Shown here: piece after piece, positions 36,105 to 43,876 of the stretch | How the letters are laid out: each line of letters begins with the position of its first letter | Position numbering within the stretch: position 1 is the stretch's first letter | Origin: a virus | Lineage: Duplodnaviria > Caudoviricetes | Direction: 5' to 3' (one strand) | Length of the DNA stretch: 43,876 nt | Virus record (IMG/VR): IMGVR_UViG_3300037780_000078 | Coordinates: 1 to 43,876 of that record | Made by a program: the position numbers and the translations under genes | Notes under the pieces: model-generated | What the model saw: only the letters and a program-made list of their open reading frames with translations | Databases searched by the model: none | What the model was told of the DNA's origin: nothing

Positions 36105-36139
36105 CTAGCGTTCGTCCACGGTCGGGGGGTAGCTTACGC
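36105..36139 (+). promoter_or_regulatory. Conserved upstream motif CTAGC-N6-CCACGGTCG-N4-GTAG-N2-TACGC
   Basis: Mirror of 35767-35800, upstream of the SNF2 helicase gene. Confidence 0.6.
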
Positions 36140-36162
36140 GGCGCACGCACAGGAGGAGCAGC

Positions 36163-37608
36163 ATGGCATACGAGTTCAGGACGGCACCATTCGTACACCA
36201 GAGGGAGGCGCTGAGGCGGAGCGTGGATCGGAGCTCCTTCGCATTCTTCATGGAGATGGGTGCAGGCAAGACCAAGGTTGTGGTCGACGAGATTGGCATC
36301 TTGTTCGAGCGGGGGGAGATCGACTCCGCCATCATCCTGGCACCCAAGGGTGTGTACGCCAACTGGACCAACAAGGAGATCCCGACTCACATGCCCGAGT
36401 GCACTCAGAACATGGCTGATGTTGTACTCTGGGATGGGTCCGACAGCCGCGCCTCCGTGCGGGAGAGAGCCAAGCTGCTGGACTCCAGCCGGTCTCTGCG
36501 GATCCTGGTGATGAACATCGAGGCACTGAGCTCGAGCCAGAAGGCCGCAGCATTCATTGCGGATTTCCTGCGCTCGGTCAGCAGTTGCTACGGAGTCGTC
36601 GATGAGAGCACCTGCATCAAGAACCCGCAGGCCAAGCGCACCAAGCGAGCTGTGGCTGTGGCCGGCAGGTGCAAGTACCGTCGGATCATGACAGGATCCC
36701 CTGTGACCCGCTCGCCCCTCGACCTGTACAGTCAGTTCGAGTTCATGGGACCGAGACTCCTCGGCTTCAGCTCATACTACTCGTTCAGGAACAGGTACGC
36801 TGTTGTCCAGGAGAAGGAGTTCGGTGGTCGCAAGGTCCAGCTGGTCGTGGGGTACAAGAATGTCGACGAGCTCACCGACATCGTCGGCCAGCACTCCTAC
36901 CGGGTCAAGAAGGAGGACTGTCTGGATCTCCCCGAGAAGACCTGGCTCACGAGAGATGTAGTGCTCAGCCGGGACCAGCTCCGGATCTACCGGGAGATCC
37001 GAGACCAGGCGTTCGCTGAGCTGAGCGACGAGGGCTTCAGTTCCCCCAGCGCAGCGATCACCCAGCTTCTTCGCCTTCACCAGGTGTCCTGTGGGCACGT
37101 GATCGACGAGGACGGGGTGACTCACGATCTGGGCGATGCCCGCCTGGATGTTCTGATGGAGGTTCTGGACGAGACCGACGACAAGGTGGTGATCTGGGCG
37201 AACTACCGACACGACATCCACAAGATCACTGCACGGCTGCGTCGAGAATACGGTGAGGACTCAGTGGTCACCTACTACGGTGAGACGAGCCCGGCCGAGA
37301 GAGCTACTGCAGTCCAGAGGTTCCAGGAGGACCCGTCCTGTCGCTTCTTCGTCAGCAACAAGACTGGGGCCTACGGGATCACACTCACTGCCTCCAGCAC
37401 TGAGGTGTACTACTCCAACGACTACGATCTGGAGCGTCGACTTCAGTCCGAGGACCGGATCCACCGCATCGGACAGAGTCGGCCCTGCACATATGTGGAT
37501 CTGGTGGCTCGCGGCACTGTCGACGAGAAGATCGTGGCAGCCCTGCGAGCCAAGATCAACATCGCCACCACCATCATGGGCGATGGACCCAAGGAGTGGC
37601 TGGTCTAG
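36163..37608 (+). CDS. SNF2-like SF2 helicase
   Basis: EMGAGKT, VDES..IKNP.AKR, MTGSP, G.TLT, QSEDRIHRIGQ. Confidence 0.94.
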   Translation: MAYEFRTAPFVHQREALRRSVDRSSFAFFMEMGAGKTKVVVDEIGILFERGEIDSAIILAPKGVYANWTNKEIPTHMPECTQNMADVVLWDGSDSRASVRERAKLLDSSRSLRILVMNIEALSSSQKAAAFIADFLRSVSSCYGVVDESTCIKNPQAKRTKRAVAVAGRCKYRRIMTGSPVTRSPLDLYSQFEFMGPRLLGFSSYYSFRNRYAVVQEKEFGGRKVQLVVGYKNVDELTDIVGQHSYRVKKEDCLDLPEKTWLTRDVVLSRDQLRIYREIRDQAFAELSDEGFSSPSAAITQLLRLHQVSCGHVIDEDGVTHDLGDARLDVLMEVLDETDDKVVIWANYRHDIHKITARLRREYGEDSVVTYYGETSPAERATAVQRFQEDPSCRFFVSNKTGAYGITLTASSTEVYYSNDYDLERRLQSEDRIHRIGQSRPCTYVDLVARGTVDEKIVAALRAKINIATTIMGDGPKEWLV

Positions 37609-37641
37609 CAGCAGAGAGGCCGGTGCACTGGTCCCTAGACG

Positions 37642-37679
37642 CAGAGAGGCCCGGCTCCTGGTGGGGCCGGGCCTCTCTG
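37642..37679. terminator. Bidirectional terminator-like hairpin between convergent genes
   Basis: CAGAGAGGCCCGGCTCC-TGGT-GGGGCCGGGCCTCTCTG. Confidence 0.7.
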
Positions 37680-37698
37680 TACTAGTTTGGTGGTGGGG

Positions 37699-37911
37699 TT
37701 ACTTGCTGATGTAGCAAACTGAGCGGCTGCCGCGCTCCTCGCGGGTGACAGTAAATCCATCCTTGCGCAGACCAATCATGATATCGTACTTGTCGGCGAG
37801 CTTGGTCCAACCAATGCGGCGAAGCTCGTCCATGAGGAACGAAAGTGACATCTTCTTGTGGGTGTCGAGAAGGTTGTGCACGTCGTTGTTGAAGCGCTCT
37901 GTAACGGTCAT
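37699..37911 (-). CDS. Hypothetical small protein (cassette)
   Basis: MTVTERFNND...; own promoter and leader. Confidence 0.7.
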   Translation of the reverse strand: MTVTERFNNDVHNLLDTHKKMSLSFLMDELRRIGWTKLADKYDIMIGLRKDGFTVTREERGSRSVCYISK

Positions 37912-37970
37912 CGTTGTCTCCTTGGCTGTAACGATGAGACTCTTGTAGACCAACCTGGATGAGATGTAAA
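37909..37970 (-). promoter_or_regulatory. Promoter TTTACA-N17-TACAAG plus leader hairpin
   Basis: CATCGTT-acagccaaggagac-AACGATG. Confidence 0.72.
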
Positions 37971-37985
37971 CCCCAAAATTTTCGC

Positions 37986-38052
37986 TTTACATCTTCCTCT
38001 GGAAGATGTACACCAGGGACATTGCTACCAGCCAAGGAGATACAGCAATGAC
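37986..38052 (+). promoter_or_regulatory. Promoter TTTACA-N17-TACACC with operator-like palindrome plus leader hairpin
   Basis: TACATCTTCC-TCT-GGAAGATGTA (37988-38010); leader identical to 20479-20511. Confidence 0.72.
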
Positions 38053-38266
38053 TACCTACGTTGACGTCGTCAGAGCCGATCACGATGCCACGATCTATCG
38101 CGAGTGGATCTGCGAGGAGTTTGGTGGGTTGTTGGTATTTGGTGGGTCCCCCAGCGACTGGGCTCGGGCCTTCCGGCACATCAACAAACTGGCCAAGAAG
38201 ACAGGTCTCAGCAGAGAGGAGGTCATGGCAGACGCCAGAGAGGATGCTCAGGCCAAGTTCCACTGA
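38048..38266 (+). CDS. Hypothetical small protein (cassette)
   Basis: MTTYVDVV...; SD present; terminator follows. Confidence 0.7.
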   Translation: MTTYVDVVRADHDATIYREWICEEFGGLLVFGGSPSDWARAFRHINKLAKKTGLSREEVMADAREDAQAKFH

Positions 38267-38290
38267 CCGACACAGACCACAGACACAGCA

Positions 38291-38330
38291 AAGCCCGGCC
38301 CCGAGAGGAAGCCGGGCTTCTTGTGTTGTT
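38291..38330 (+). terminator. Rho-independent terminator; second hairpin at 38331-38357
   Basis: AAGCCCGGC...GCCGGGCTT followed by CTTGTGTTGTT. Confidence 0.65.
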
Positions 38331-38386
38331 GGCCCCGGCCAGTCACGAGCCGGGGCCGGTAGCTAGGCCCGAGCGGCGGGGTCTAG

Positions 38387-38581
38387 CTACGTGTCAGGGG
38401 ACTGACAGAGTGCCACCCACACTGCGTTGTGTTCTCGGATCTGTCGGATGGTCTCGTCGGTGTCTTCCTGAGACCAGAGGATCGGCTCGAACGCCTCACA
38501 GGAGACGTCAGTCGCGACGGAACCCGTCGTCGTTGCGCAGGCCCCCAGAGAGAGCGTCAGCGCGAGCGCGGAGCCTAGCAT
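38387..38581 (-). CDS. o-spanin (Rz1-like lipoprotein)
   Basis: Signal peptide with lipobox LGAC; C...W...DT..T..QI..HN..W..LC; overlaps the i-spanin gene. Confidence 0.8.
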   Translation of the reverse strand: MLGSALALTLSLGACATTTGSVATDVSCEAFEPILWSQEDTDETIRQIREHNAVWVALCQSPDT

Positions 38582-38735
38582 TCTTCGCTGCATCGATCTT
38601 CTCCATCGCTGCCATGAGAGAGGCAGAGACTGCCCGCGCCTCTCCTGCGTCCAGGAGCCGTCTCTCTGCCAAGGAGGAGGAGATGAGAGCGGACACCTGG
38701 AGCAGTGTCTTGAGAAGCGCGAGCAGCTCCATCAC
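38508..38735 (-). CDS. i-spanin (Rz-like)
   Basis: Hydrophobic N-terminus, helical body, C-terminal DDGFRRD; between holin and o-spanin. Confidence 0.65.
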   Translation of the reverse strand: MMELLALLKTLLQVSALISSSLAERRLLDAGEARAVSASLMAAMEKIDAAKNARLRARADALSGGLRNDDGFRRD

Positions 38736-38938
38736 CCGACCCGCGCACGAGCAGTCAGGCGACCCACCAGACCCAGCAGAGCAGCCAGTGCCCCGCCGAT
38801 CGCAACCGCGATCTCGGCGAAGGACTCCTGGTCAGCATCCGTCAGGTCGAAGCCAAAGACACCGGCGACGATGGCCACGAAGGCCATGATCGAACCCCAG
38901 ACACCCTTGGACTGATACCACGGTTTGACGTCATTCAT
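38732..38938 (-). CDS. Putative holin
   Basis: MNDVKPWYQSKGVWG plus two TM segments and a GR..A C-terminus; follows the endolysin. Confidence 0.7.
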   Translation of the reverse strand: MNDVKPWYQSKGVWGSIMAFVAIVAGVFGFDLTDADQESFAEIAVAIGGALAALLGLVGRLTARARVG

Positions 38939-39503
38939 CGGAAGTCTCCTCAAACTGAGAGCCCGACGATACCCCCGCAGCGGCCTCATCCGCTACTGCG
39001 AGGGCCTGAGTGAGGTTGGACAGAGCCCGACGCCACCAACCCCGGATGTAGTGCTGGGCGTGACCCCGGCTCTGCCAGTACTCGACACGGGCAACCACGA
39101 AGTCGAAGAACACAACCTCGCGATCCCCCCGGCTCCGCACAGCCCGGATGGTCTTGGGTCCGAGCTGGCCATCAATGGTCAGATTGCCGAGAGCCCGCTG
39201 GAGGAACTTGACAGCATTGGTCGGACCATGGGTCACAGCTGTGTCGAACACCAGGACAGCGAGGGGCGGGGGGAGATCGTCTCCCCTGACCGCATTCCAG
39301 TAGCGGTCCTGGTAGATGGCCCGAGCCTCCTCCTCCGTGAGGGCCTCGACATCCTGTGCGGTGCAGGTCTCCTTGCGCCACACGCTGAGGGTCATCCTGG
39401 TGATGCCGAACTTGGTGGCATGGCCGGGGTCGTTCGGATCGTTGGTGAACTTGTCCCCACCCTCGTGCTGGATGGTGGCGCTGATGATCTGGTCACGATT
39501 CAT
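38931..39503 (-). CDS. Endolysin, glycoside hydrolase family 108
   Basis: HEGG..TNDPNDPG.ATKFGIT, IY..RYW, FDTAV.HG, DG.LGPKT, GW..R. Confidence 0.93.
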   Translation of the reverse strand: MNRDQIISATIQHEGGDKFTNDPNDPGHATKFGITRMTLSVWRKETCTAQDVEALTEEEARAIYQDRYWNAVRGDDLPPPLAVLVFDTAVTHGPTNAVKFLQRALGNLTIDGQLGPKTIRAVRSRGDREVVFFDFVVARVEYWQSRGHAQHYIRGWWRRALSNLTQALAVADEAAAGVSSGSQFEETSDE

Positions 39504-39792
39504 CCTTCCCTCCCTCCATGTGCTTGAGGATGCGCTCGTGGCGCTCCACTGAGAAGATGCGGCGCAGCAGCTCGAGGTAGGCTGCTCGGCCCTCAGGGGT
39601 GGCTGCCTTCTCGGCCTCGCTGCGGATCTCTCCCTCGAGGGTGTCGATGCGCTCTGACATGATGGCAGCGCGTTCGCACTCGCGTGAGGCGAGGATCTTG
39701 CGAAGCTCGGCCTCCTCCCTCTGCGTCAGCTCGGCCGGGGCCTTGCTGAGCAGGGGCACAGACTTCGGGGTCTGCTTCCTGCGTCCCGCCAT
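39493..39792 (-). CDS. Hypothetical protein
   Basis: MAGRRKQTPK... helical; TGATG-coupled. Confidence 0.6.
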   Translation of the reverse strand: MAGRRKQTPKSVPLLSKAPAELTQREEAELRKILASRECERAAIMSERIDTLEGEIRSEAEKAATPEGRAAYLELLRRIFSVERHERILKHMEGGKDES

Positions 39793-40049
39793 CAGGTGTT
39801 CCCCTGCCGGGCAGCGCGACGCTCCTCGCGAGAGGGACGGACGTTGCCATCCAGAACACGCGATGCGTGGGTGAGACGGTCGGCCATCACCCGTCCGATG
39901 GGCTCGGTACCTCGGATCCGCTTGCGCAGTTCCTTGGCCTTCTCGGCGATCTCGGTGGCCTCCTGGACCATCGACTCGGCCTCGGCCTCGCCGGCAAGAC
40001 GAGCCTTCTTCAGAGCATCCTGCTCCGTCTTGTTCAGACTGCTTCCCAT
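39792..40049 (-). CDS. Hypothetical protein
   Basis: 85 aa, helical; AAGGAG SD. Confidence 0.65.
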   Translation of the reverse strand: MGSSLNKTEQDALKKARLAGEAEAESMVQEATEIAEKAKELRKRIRGTEPIGRVMADRLTHASRVLDGNVRPSREERRAARQGNT

Positions 40050-40108
40050 GGTTCAAACTCCTTCCCTGGGTTGTGCGAGTGGATCTTACTACACCAGCGG
40101 GCTGGTCG

Positions 40109-40417
40109 CTATGCGAAGCCCTGCCACCCGAACGGCTCAATCCGCAGCTCGGACAGAGCAGGGACGGGTTGGTTGGCGGGGGTGAGGAGGCACACAGCAG
40201 GTGGGGGTGTGCCTGGTGTCACAACCTCTGTCTCACCAGTCTCCTCGTTGGTGGTGTAGACTGGCTCGACCAACCAGCCCTGGGTCTCCATGATCTGACC
40301 CACAGTGGCTCGAGTCTCACCCGAGATGGGGTCCTCGACGAAGAGGCCCTCGGGAGCGGCTGAGACAAGCTCAGCAAGGGTGTCTGCTGCGTAGCAGTTT
40401 CCGTTGAAATTACTCAT
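40109..40417 (-). CDS. Tail-fibre-associated small protein
   Basis: Starts immediately after the tail fibre stop. Confidence 0.55.
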   Translation of the reverse strand: MSNFNGNCYAADTLAELVSAAPEGLFVEDPISGETRATVGQIMETQGWLVEPVYTTNEETGETEVVTPGTPPPAVCLLTPANQPVPALSELRIEPFGWQGFA

Positions 40418-42616
40418 TTAGATCTCCACAAAGTCATCAATCTCAGAATCAGACCACTGTTGGTTGACCCAGTCAAGGCGAGAGACACTACCGTTCAGGT
40501 AACGCCCTGCCGGGTCTGAACCGAGACTCAGGCGGGTGGCATTGGACATGATGTCGGCGAGCAAGAAGGAAGTGTCACTCCCCGTCTGTGTCAATGTTCC
40601 GTCGTTGCCCGCCATGTACATGTCATTGGCAAGGAGCGACGCGGCCAATCTGAAGTTGTTGGCTTTGGCGTCCAGCGTGCCCAGAGCAACGTTGATGTTG
40701 TCTGCGGACCCGTTGTTGGAGTGGCGCAAGGTCAAGTCGTTCGAAGTAGTAATCCAGACATTGATCAGGTTGTTGAAAGACGTGTCGTCAAAACTGAGTA
40801 CGTTGGTTCGAGACGTTGCCTCGCTAGTCCAGGGTGCGTGAAATTCTACAAAGAAGGACATACCATCCCCAGCACTCCAATCAGACGTTGCAAAATTGCA
40901 AACGTCGGCAGCTTTCGTGGTTGCGGCGGGCGTGCCGGGGGCGGGCAGTACCGGATTGGTTGGGAATGCGCGCTTCTCCATCTGAGGCACCCCAATGAAG
41001 ATGCGGAAAGACACAGCTCCAGACGCACCCGCAAACTTCAACATCGGCTGAACATAGGCAGAAGTGCTCTCGTCATTCGTGGCCGTGCAAAAGAACCTTC
41101 TTAGGGTGCTATCTAAAGCGAAGCTCTCAACTTTGGATGTCAACAAAGTCCCGCCACTGTTTCTGATGTCGTACCCAATTTGAGGGGTGCCAATATTGGT
41201 AAGGTCCCCACTGACGAGTTTAAGAACGGCGGAACTAGTCCAAACCTCGGTGTTCAATCCCGCGATTTGAGAGCTCCCTTCAAATCTCAAAATAAAGGAG
41301 CCCGCAGCCGTCCCCGAGACATCCAGAATAAAACCCGGAACCCCGTCAATGGTAGCGGTTTCTACTGCGGTGAACACAGTTCCGTTTTCAACGTCTGACC
41401 AATAAGTTGGAAGCGCGCCCCCCGCGTCAATATCCCCAGCGACGAACCCCTCGCCACGCGGATTGCGTACCGAGTTTGTGACTGCCTCGAAAATTTGAAG
41501 CTTCTTCCCCGGAACATGGCAAGGCGTGTTAGGGAGAAACTCTTTCATTCCTCGAACAACACCACCGTTAGAGCCATCCCAGTCGAGATGTGTCGCCCAA
41601 GAGGAGCGCTGGAAGTTCAAACCGCCAGAACGGGTCTCAGCACCCCGAGTAGACGCAGCGGGAGACCCGACCACAGGAAGAACAGGGGAAGTGGCGAAAC
41701 TACCGCTTTCGGTCTGCGGAACGTAGACACGCAGCTTGAGAGACACGGCACCCGCCGTAAAGACCAACCGGAAGCCTGCCGCGATGCTATCTACCGTGCT
41801 GGCGGAAAGAGTTTCAGCCTTAACAAATCTGCGGTGTGTGGTGTCGACCGACAGGTCTACGGCATACTGATCTACCACCGCCCCTGACAGGTAGGAGATC
41901 AAGTAAGACTGGACCGTGGTGTTGGTCAGGCTGCCGGAAACGATCCGCGCTCCAAATGATCGAGTGTATGTCTGGCTGGCAGATGCTGACATCTGCGAGT
42001 GAGCATCAAAGTTGATGAGGATGACCTCAGCGCCTGCAGCAGTACCTGCATACTCAATTTCTATGTAGTCCCAACCATCTTCTCTGCCTCGACCGACTAC
42101 AGTAGCAGTGACCGCAGACGTGGAGTAGTATGTCCAGTTGGTTGGCAACTGCCCAGTGGAGGGCAGGGCACCGGGCAGAGCATTTTCTGACCGAGGATTC
42201 CGAATGCCGTTAGTCGCGCCGCTCGTCTCGATCAGCGGACCACCACCACAGTTGGGCGGCTCATTCCAGCGCAGCTCGTCGTCATCGGCATACTCGACAA
42301 GCTCACCGACAGGATCCCCGTTCCGGAAGCTCCAGTTCGGAGACCAGGCTGCCCCTGTGCGTGTGATCTCGGCCATCATCCCAAATGCCGGGTAGCGGAT
42401 GAAGTCTCCCCCGTCTCTCTTGATGAATGTGTTGCGCAGGAAGTCGAGTTTCAGACTGCGCTCAGACGAGAGCCAGACAGGTGATCTGGCCTGGGGGTAC
42501 GAGTCAGGGTGGATGGCCATGAGGTCACGCCAGCGACCCGAGGCACGGGAGGCGGGGGAGGACTCGAGTGGGTTGGCTGTACCGATGAAGTTGCCGTCGG
42601 TGATGTTCAGTGGCAT
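40418..42616 (-). CDS. Tail/head fibre receptor-binding protein with duplicated beta-sandwich modules and a LamG/ConA-like C-terminus
   Basis: Ser/Thr/Gly-rich; two E...TN..RNPR.E....LPT.W...P.LP..G.P.A.T..A modules; C-terminal LSLGS...YLNGSV.RL. Confidence 0.75.
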   Translation of the reverse strand: MPLNITDGNFIGTANPLESSPASRASGRWRDLMAIHPDSYPQARSPVWLSSERSLKLDFLRNTFIKRDGGDFIRYPAFGMMAEITRTGAAWSPNWSFRNGDPVGELVEYADDDELRWNEPPNCGGGPLIETSGATNGIRNPRSENALPGALPSTGQLPTNWTYYSTSAVTATVVGRGREDGWDYIEIEYAGTAAGAEVILINFDAHSQMSASASQTYTRSFGARIVSGSLTNTTVQSYLISYLSGAVVDQYAVDLSVDTTHRRFVKAETLSASTVDSIAAGFRLVFTAGAVSLKLRVYVPQTESGSFATSPVLPVVGSPAASTRGAETRSGGLNFQRSSWATHLDWDGSNGGVVRGMKEFLPNTPCHVPGKKLQIFEAVTNSVRNPRGEGFVAGDIDAGGALPTYWSDVENGTVFTAVETATIDGVPGFILDVSGTAAGSFILRFEGSSQIAGLNTEVWTSSAVLKLVSGDLTNIGTPQIGYDIRNSGGTLLTSKVESFALDSTLRRFFCTATNDESTSAYVQPMLKFAGASGAVSFRIFIGVPQMEKRAFPTNPVLPAPGTPAATTKAADVCNFATSDWSAGDGMSFFVEFHAPWTSEATSRTNVLSFDDTSFNNLINVWITTSNDLTLRHSNNGSADNINVALGTLDAKANNFRLAASLLANDMYMAGNDGTLTQTGSDTSFLLADIMSNATRLSLGSDPAGRYLNGSVSRLDWVNQQWSDSEIDDFVEI

Positions 42617-42629
42617 CTCTGCTCTCTCC

Positions 42630-43876
42630 CTACGATGGGACTGCGTGGTTGTGGATCTTGGTGACCCGAAGTGTGGCCCCACCTGAGATGAAGTTCAGGG
42701 CGTTGCCAGCGCGTTTGCGCATGATCAGGGCGAACCAGGTGATCCCTGCCTGGACACTCCTGGTGCCGATGACCGGGGAGTACCTGAGTACTCTGTCAGC
42801 ATCGAGACACTCGGGGTCAAGACCAACTTCCTTCGTAACGTGGACCGGGAACGCGTCATCCGCTACCACGTTGTTGCTGTCGTTCACGTATAGCTGGCTG
42901 TTGGAGCGCCAGATGAAGAAGCTCGGTGTGATGTCTGCCCCAACTGTGGGAAGGGTCCCAGAGCCAGACACAATGGCCCAGTCGAATGTCGCGCTGCCGT
43001 TCTCAGTCCCGGTGGGATCGCCCGCCGTGAGGGAGGTTCCCGCAAACGAGTACCCATTCAGCGCCTCTGTTGTGTCCTCGAGTCCGTGAGCTACGAGCAC
43101 AACCCAGTCTCCGTCGTTGACTGTGGCCCCAGTTGTGGTCGTGGTGGCCTCTGACGCCAGGTACAGACCATCCTCAGTCAGGGCGAGCTTGGCATTCAGG
43201 AGGGTGGCTGAGTCAGAGTCCTCCGACACTGGTCCGAGCCACAACACCATTTTGTCCGCGAGTGGACCCACGATTGTCCTGATGGTTGGGCTCATGGAGC
43301 CATCGTCCATGTGGATCGGTCCCGCAAAGAAGGCACTGTCTCCGGTCATGTACAGCAGCTGGAAGTCAGTGGTCGCACCCTTGAACAGGAACTCGTCAGC
43401 AGCGAAGATCAGCGATGCAGAGGTGCCATCGTTCAGGTTGTAGAGACCAGAGATGGTGCCGTTCACGTCTGTCTCGAGGGCAAAGTAGGCCAGGATGAAC
43501 GGATTGTCCGGGTCGGTGTTGTCGATCAGCGTGTCCAGCAGAAGGGCAGACACAGCCGACAGGCCAGTGGACACGCCAGGAACACCGTCGACATCGTCCA
43601 CGAGACCCTCAATGACCGAGTTGGCAGTCACGTCAATGGACGCAAAGGCTGACTCGAGGTCAGCCTGAGCAAGGTACGTGGTGGATGCGTCTGCCTCGAG
43701 AAGATAGTCGTCCAGGTCGTCGTAGATCCCCGTGATGGTGGCATTGGCGGACAGGTCGATCAGCGCGACCGCGTCTTCCAGATCGGCCTGGGCGAGGTAG
43801 ACTGACTCAATGGTCGCTGACGTGTCGTAGTCACCCTCTAGGGTGGCCCGGAGACGGAACGTCTCGGACAGGACAG
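42630..43876 (-). CDS. C-terminal part of the tail tip protein (joins 1-2614; about 1286 aa in total)
   Basis: Frame is open to the window end and joins in frame via codon G|CT; same YLAQAD repeats; DVNGTISG...FAADEF (DUF1983-like). Confidence 0.85.
   Translation of the reverse strand, partial: VLSETFRLRATLEGDYDTSATIESVYLAQADLEDAVALIDLSANATITGIYDDLDDYLLEADASTTYLAQADLESAFASIDVTANSVIEGLVDDVDGVPGVSTGLSAVSALLLDTLIDNTDPDNPFILAYFALETDVNGTISGLYNLNDGTSASLIFAADEFLFKGATTDFQLLYMTGDSAFFAGPIHMDDGSMSPTIRTIVGPLADKMVLWLGPVSEDSDSATLLNAKLALTEDGLYLASEATTTTTGATVNDGDWVVLVAHGLEDTTEALNGYSFAGTSLTAGDPTGTENGSATFDWAIVSGSGTLPTVGADITPSFFIWRSNSQLYVNDSNNVVADDAFPVHVTKEVGLDPECLDADRVLRYSPVIGTRSVQAGITWFALIMRKRAGNALNFISGGATLRVTKIHNHAVPS

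Noticed and set aside
40418-43876. Diversity-generating retroelement or invertible tail-fibre system
   Set aside because: No reverse transcriptase or invertase, and no near-identical TR/VR pair seen

Overview
The window reads as one complete, circularly permuted, GC-rich ~43.9 kb tailed (siphovirus-like) phage genome. The tail-tip gene runs off position 1 and continues in frame at 43876. The host is probably an alphaproteobacterium (inferred from GTA-like virion genes), and I recognise no integrase or repressor. Modules: (i) 1-16125 and 38387-43876, minus strand: RcGTA/HK97-like packaging, head and tail genes, tail fibre, and GH108 endolysin/holin/spanin lysis genes. (ii) 16499-19294, plus strand: small early genes. 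(iii) 19169-37608: YuA/phiJL001-type replication genes (PolA, UvrD, AEP primase, SSB-like, SNF2 helicase, nuclease) enclosing a DNA base-modification cluster at 23170-30089. Most notable: (1) a dUMP hydroxymethylase-like gene next to a base-J/TAGT-type glycosyltransferase and a UDP-xylose-synthase-like enzyme, plus an aGPT-Pplase1 with no partner kinase, suggesting pentosylated (xylosyl) 5-hydroxymethyluracil DNA; (2) two inverted ~165 bp iteron/palindrome elements on roughly opposite sides of the circle; (3) promoter-plus-5'UTR hairpin cassettes with covarying stems that enclose the RBS and pair the start codon; (4) three paralogues of an unnamed small domain. All family calls come from motif recognition by eye, not database searches.
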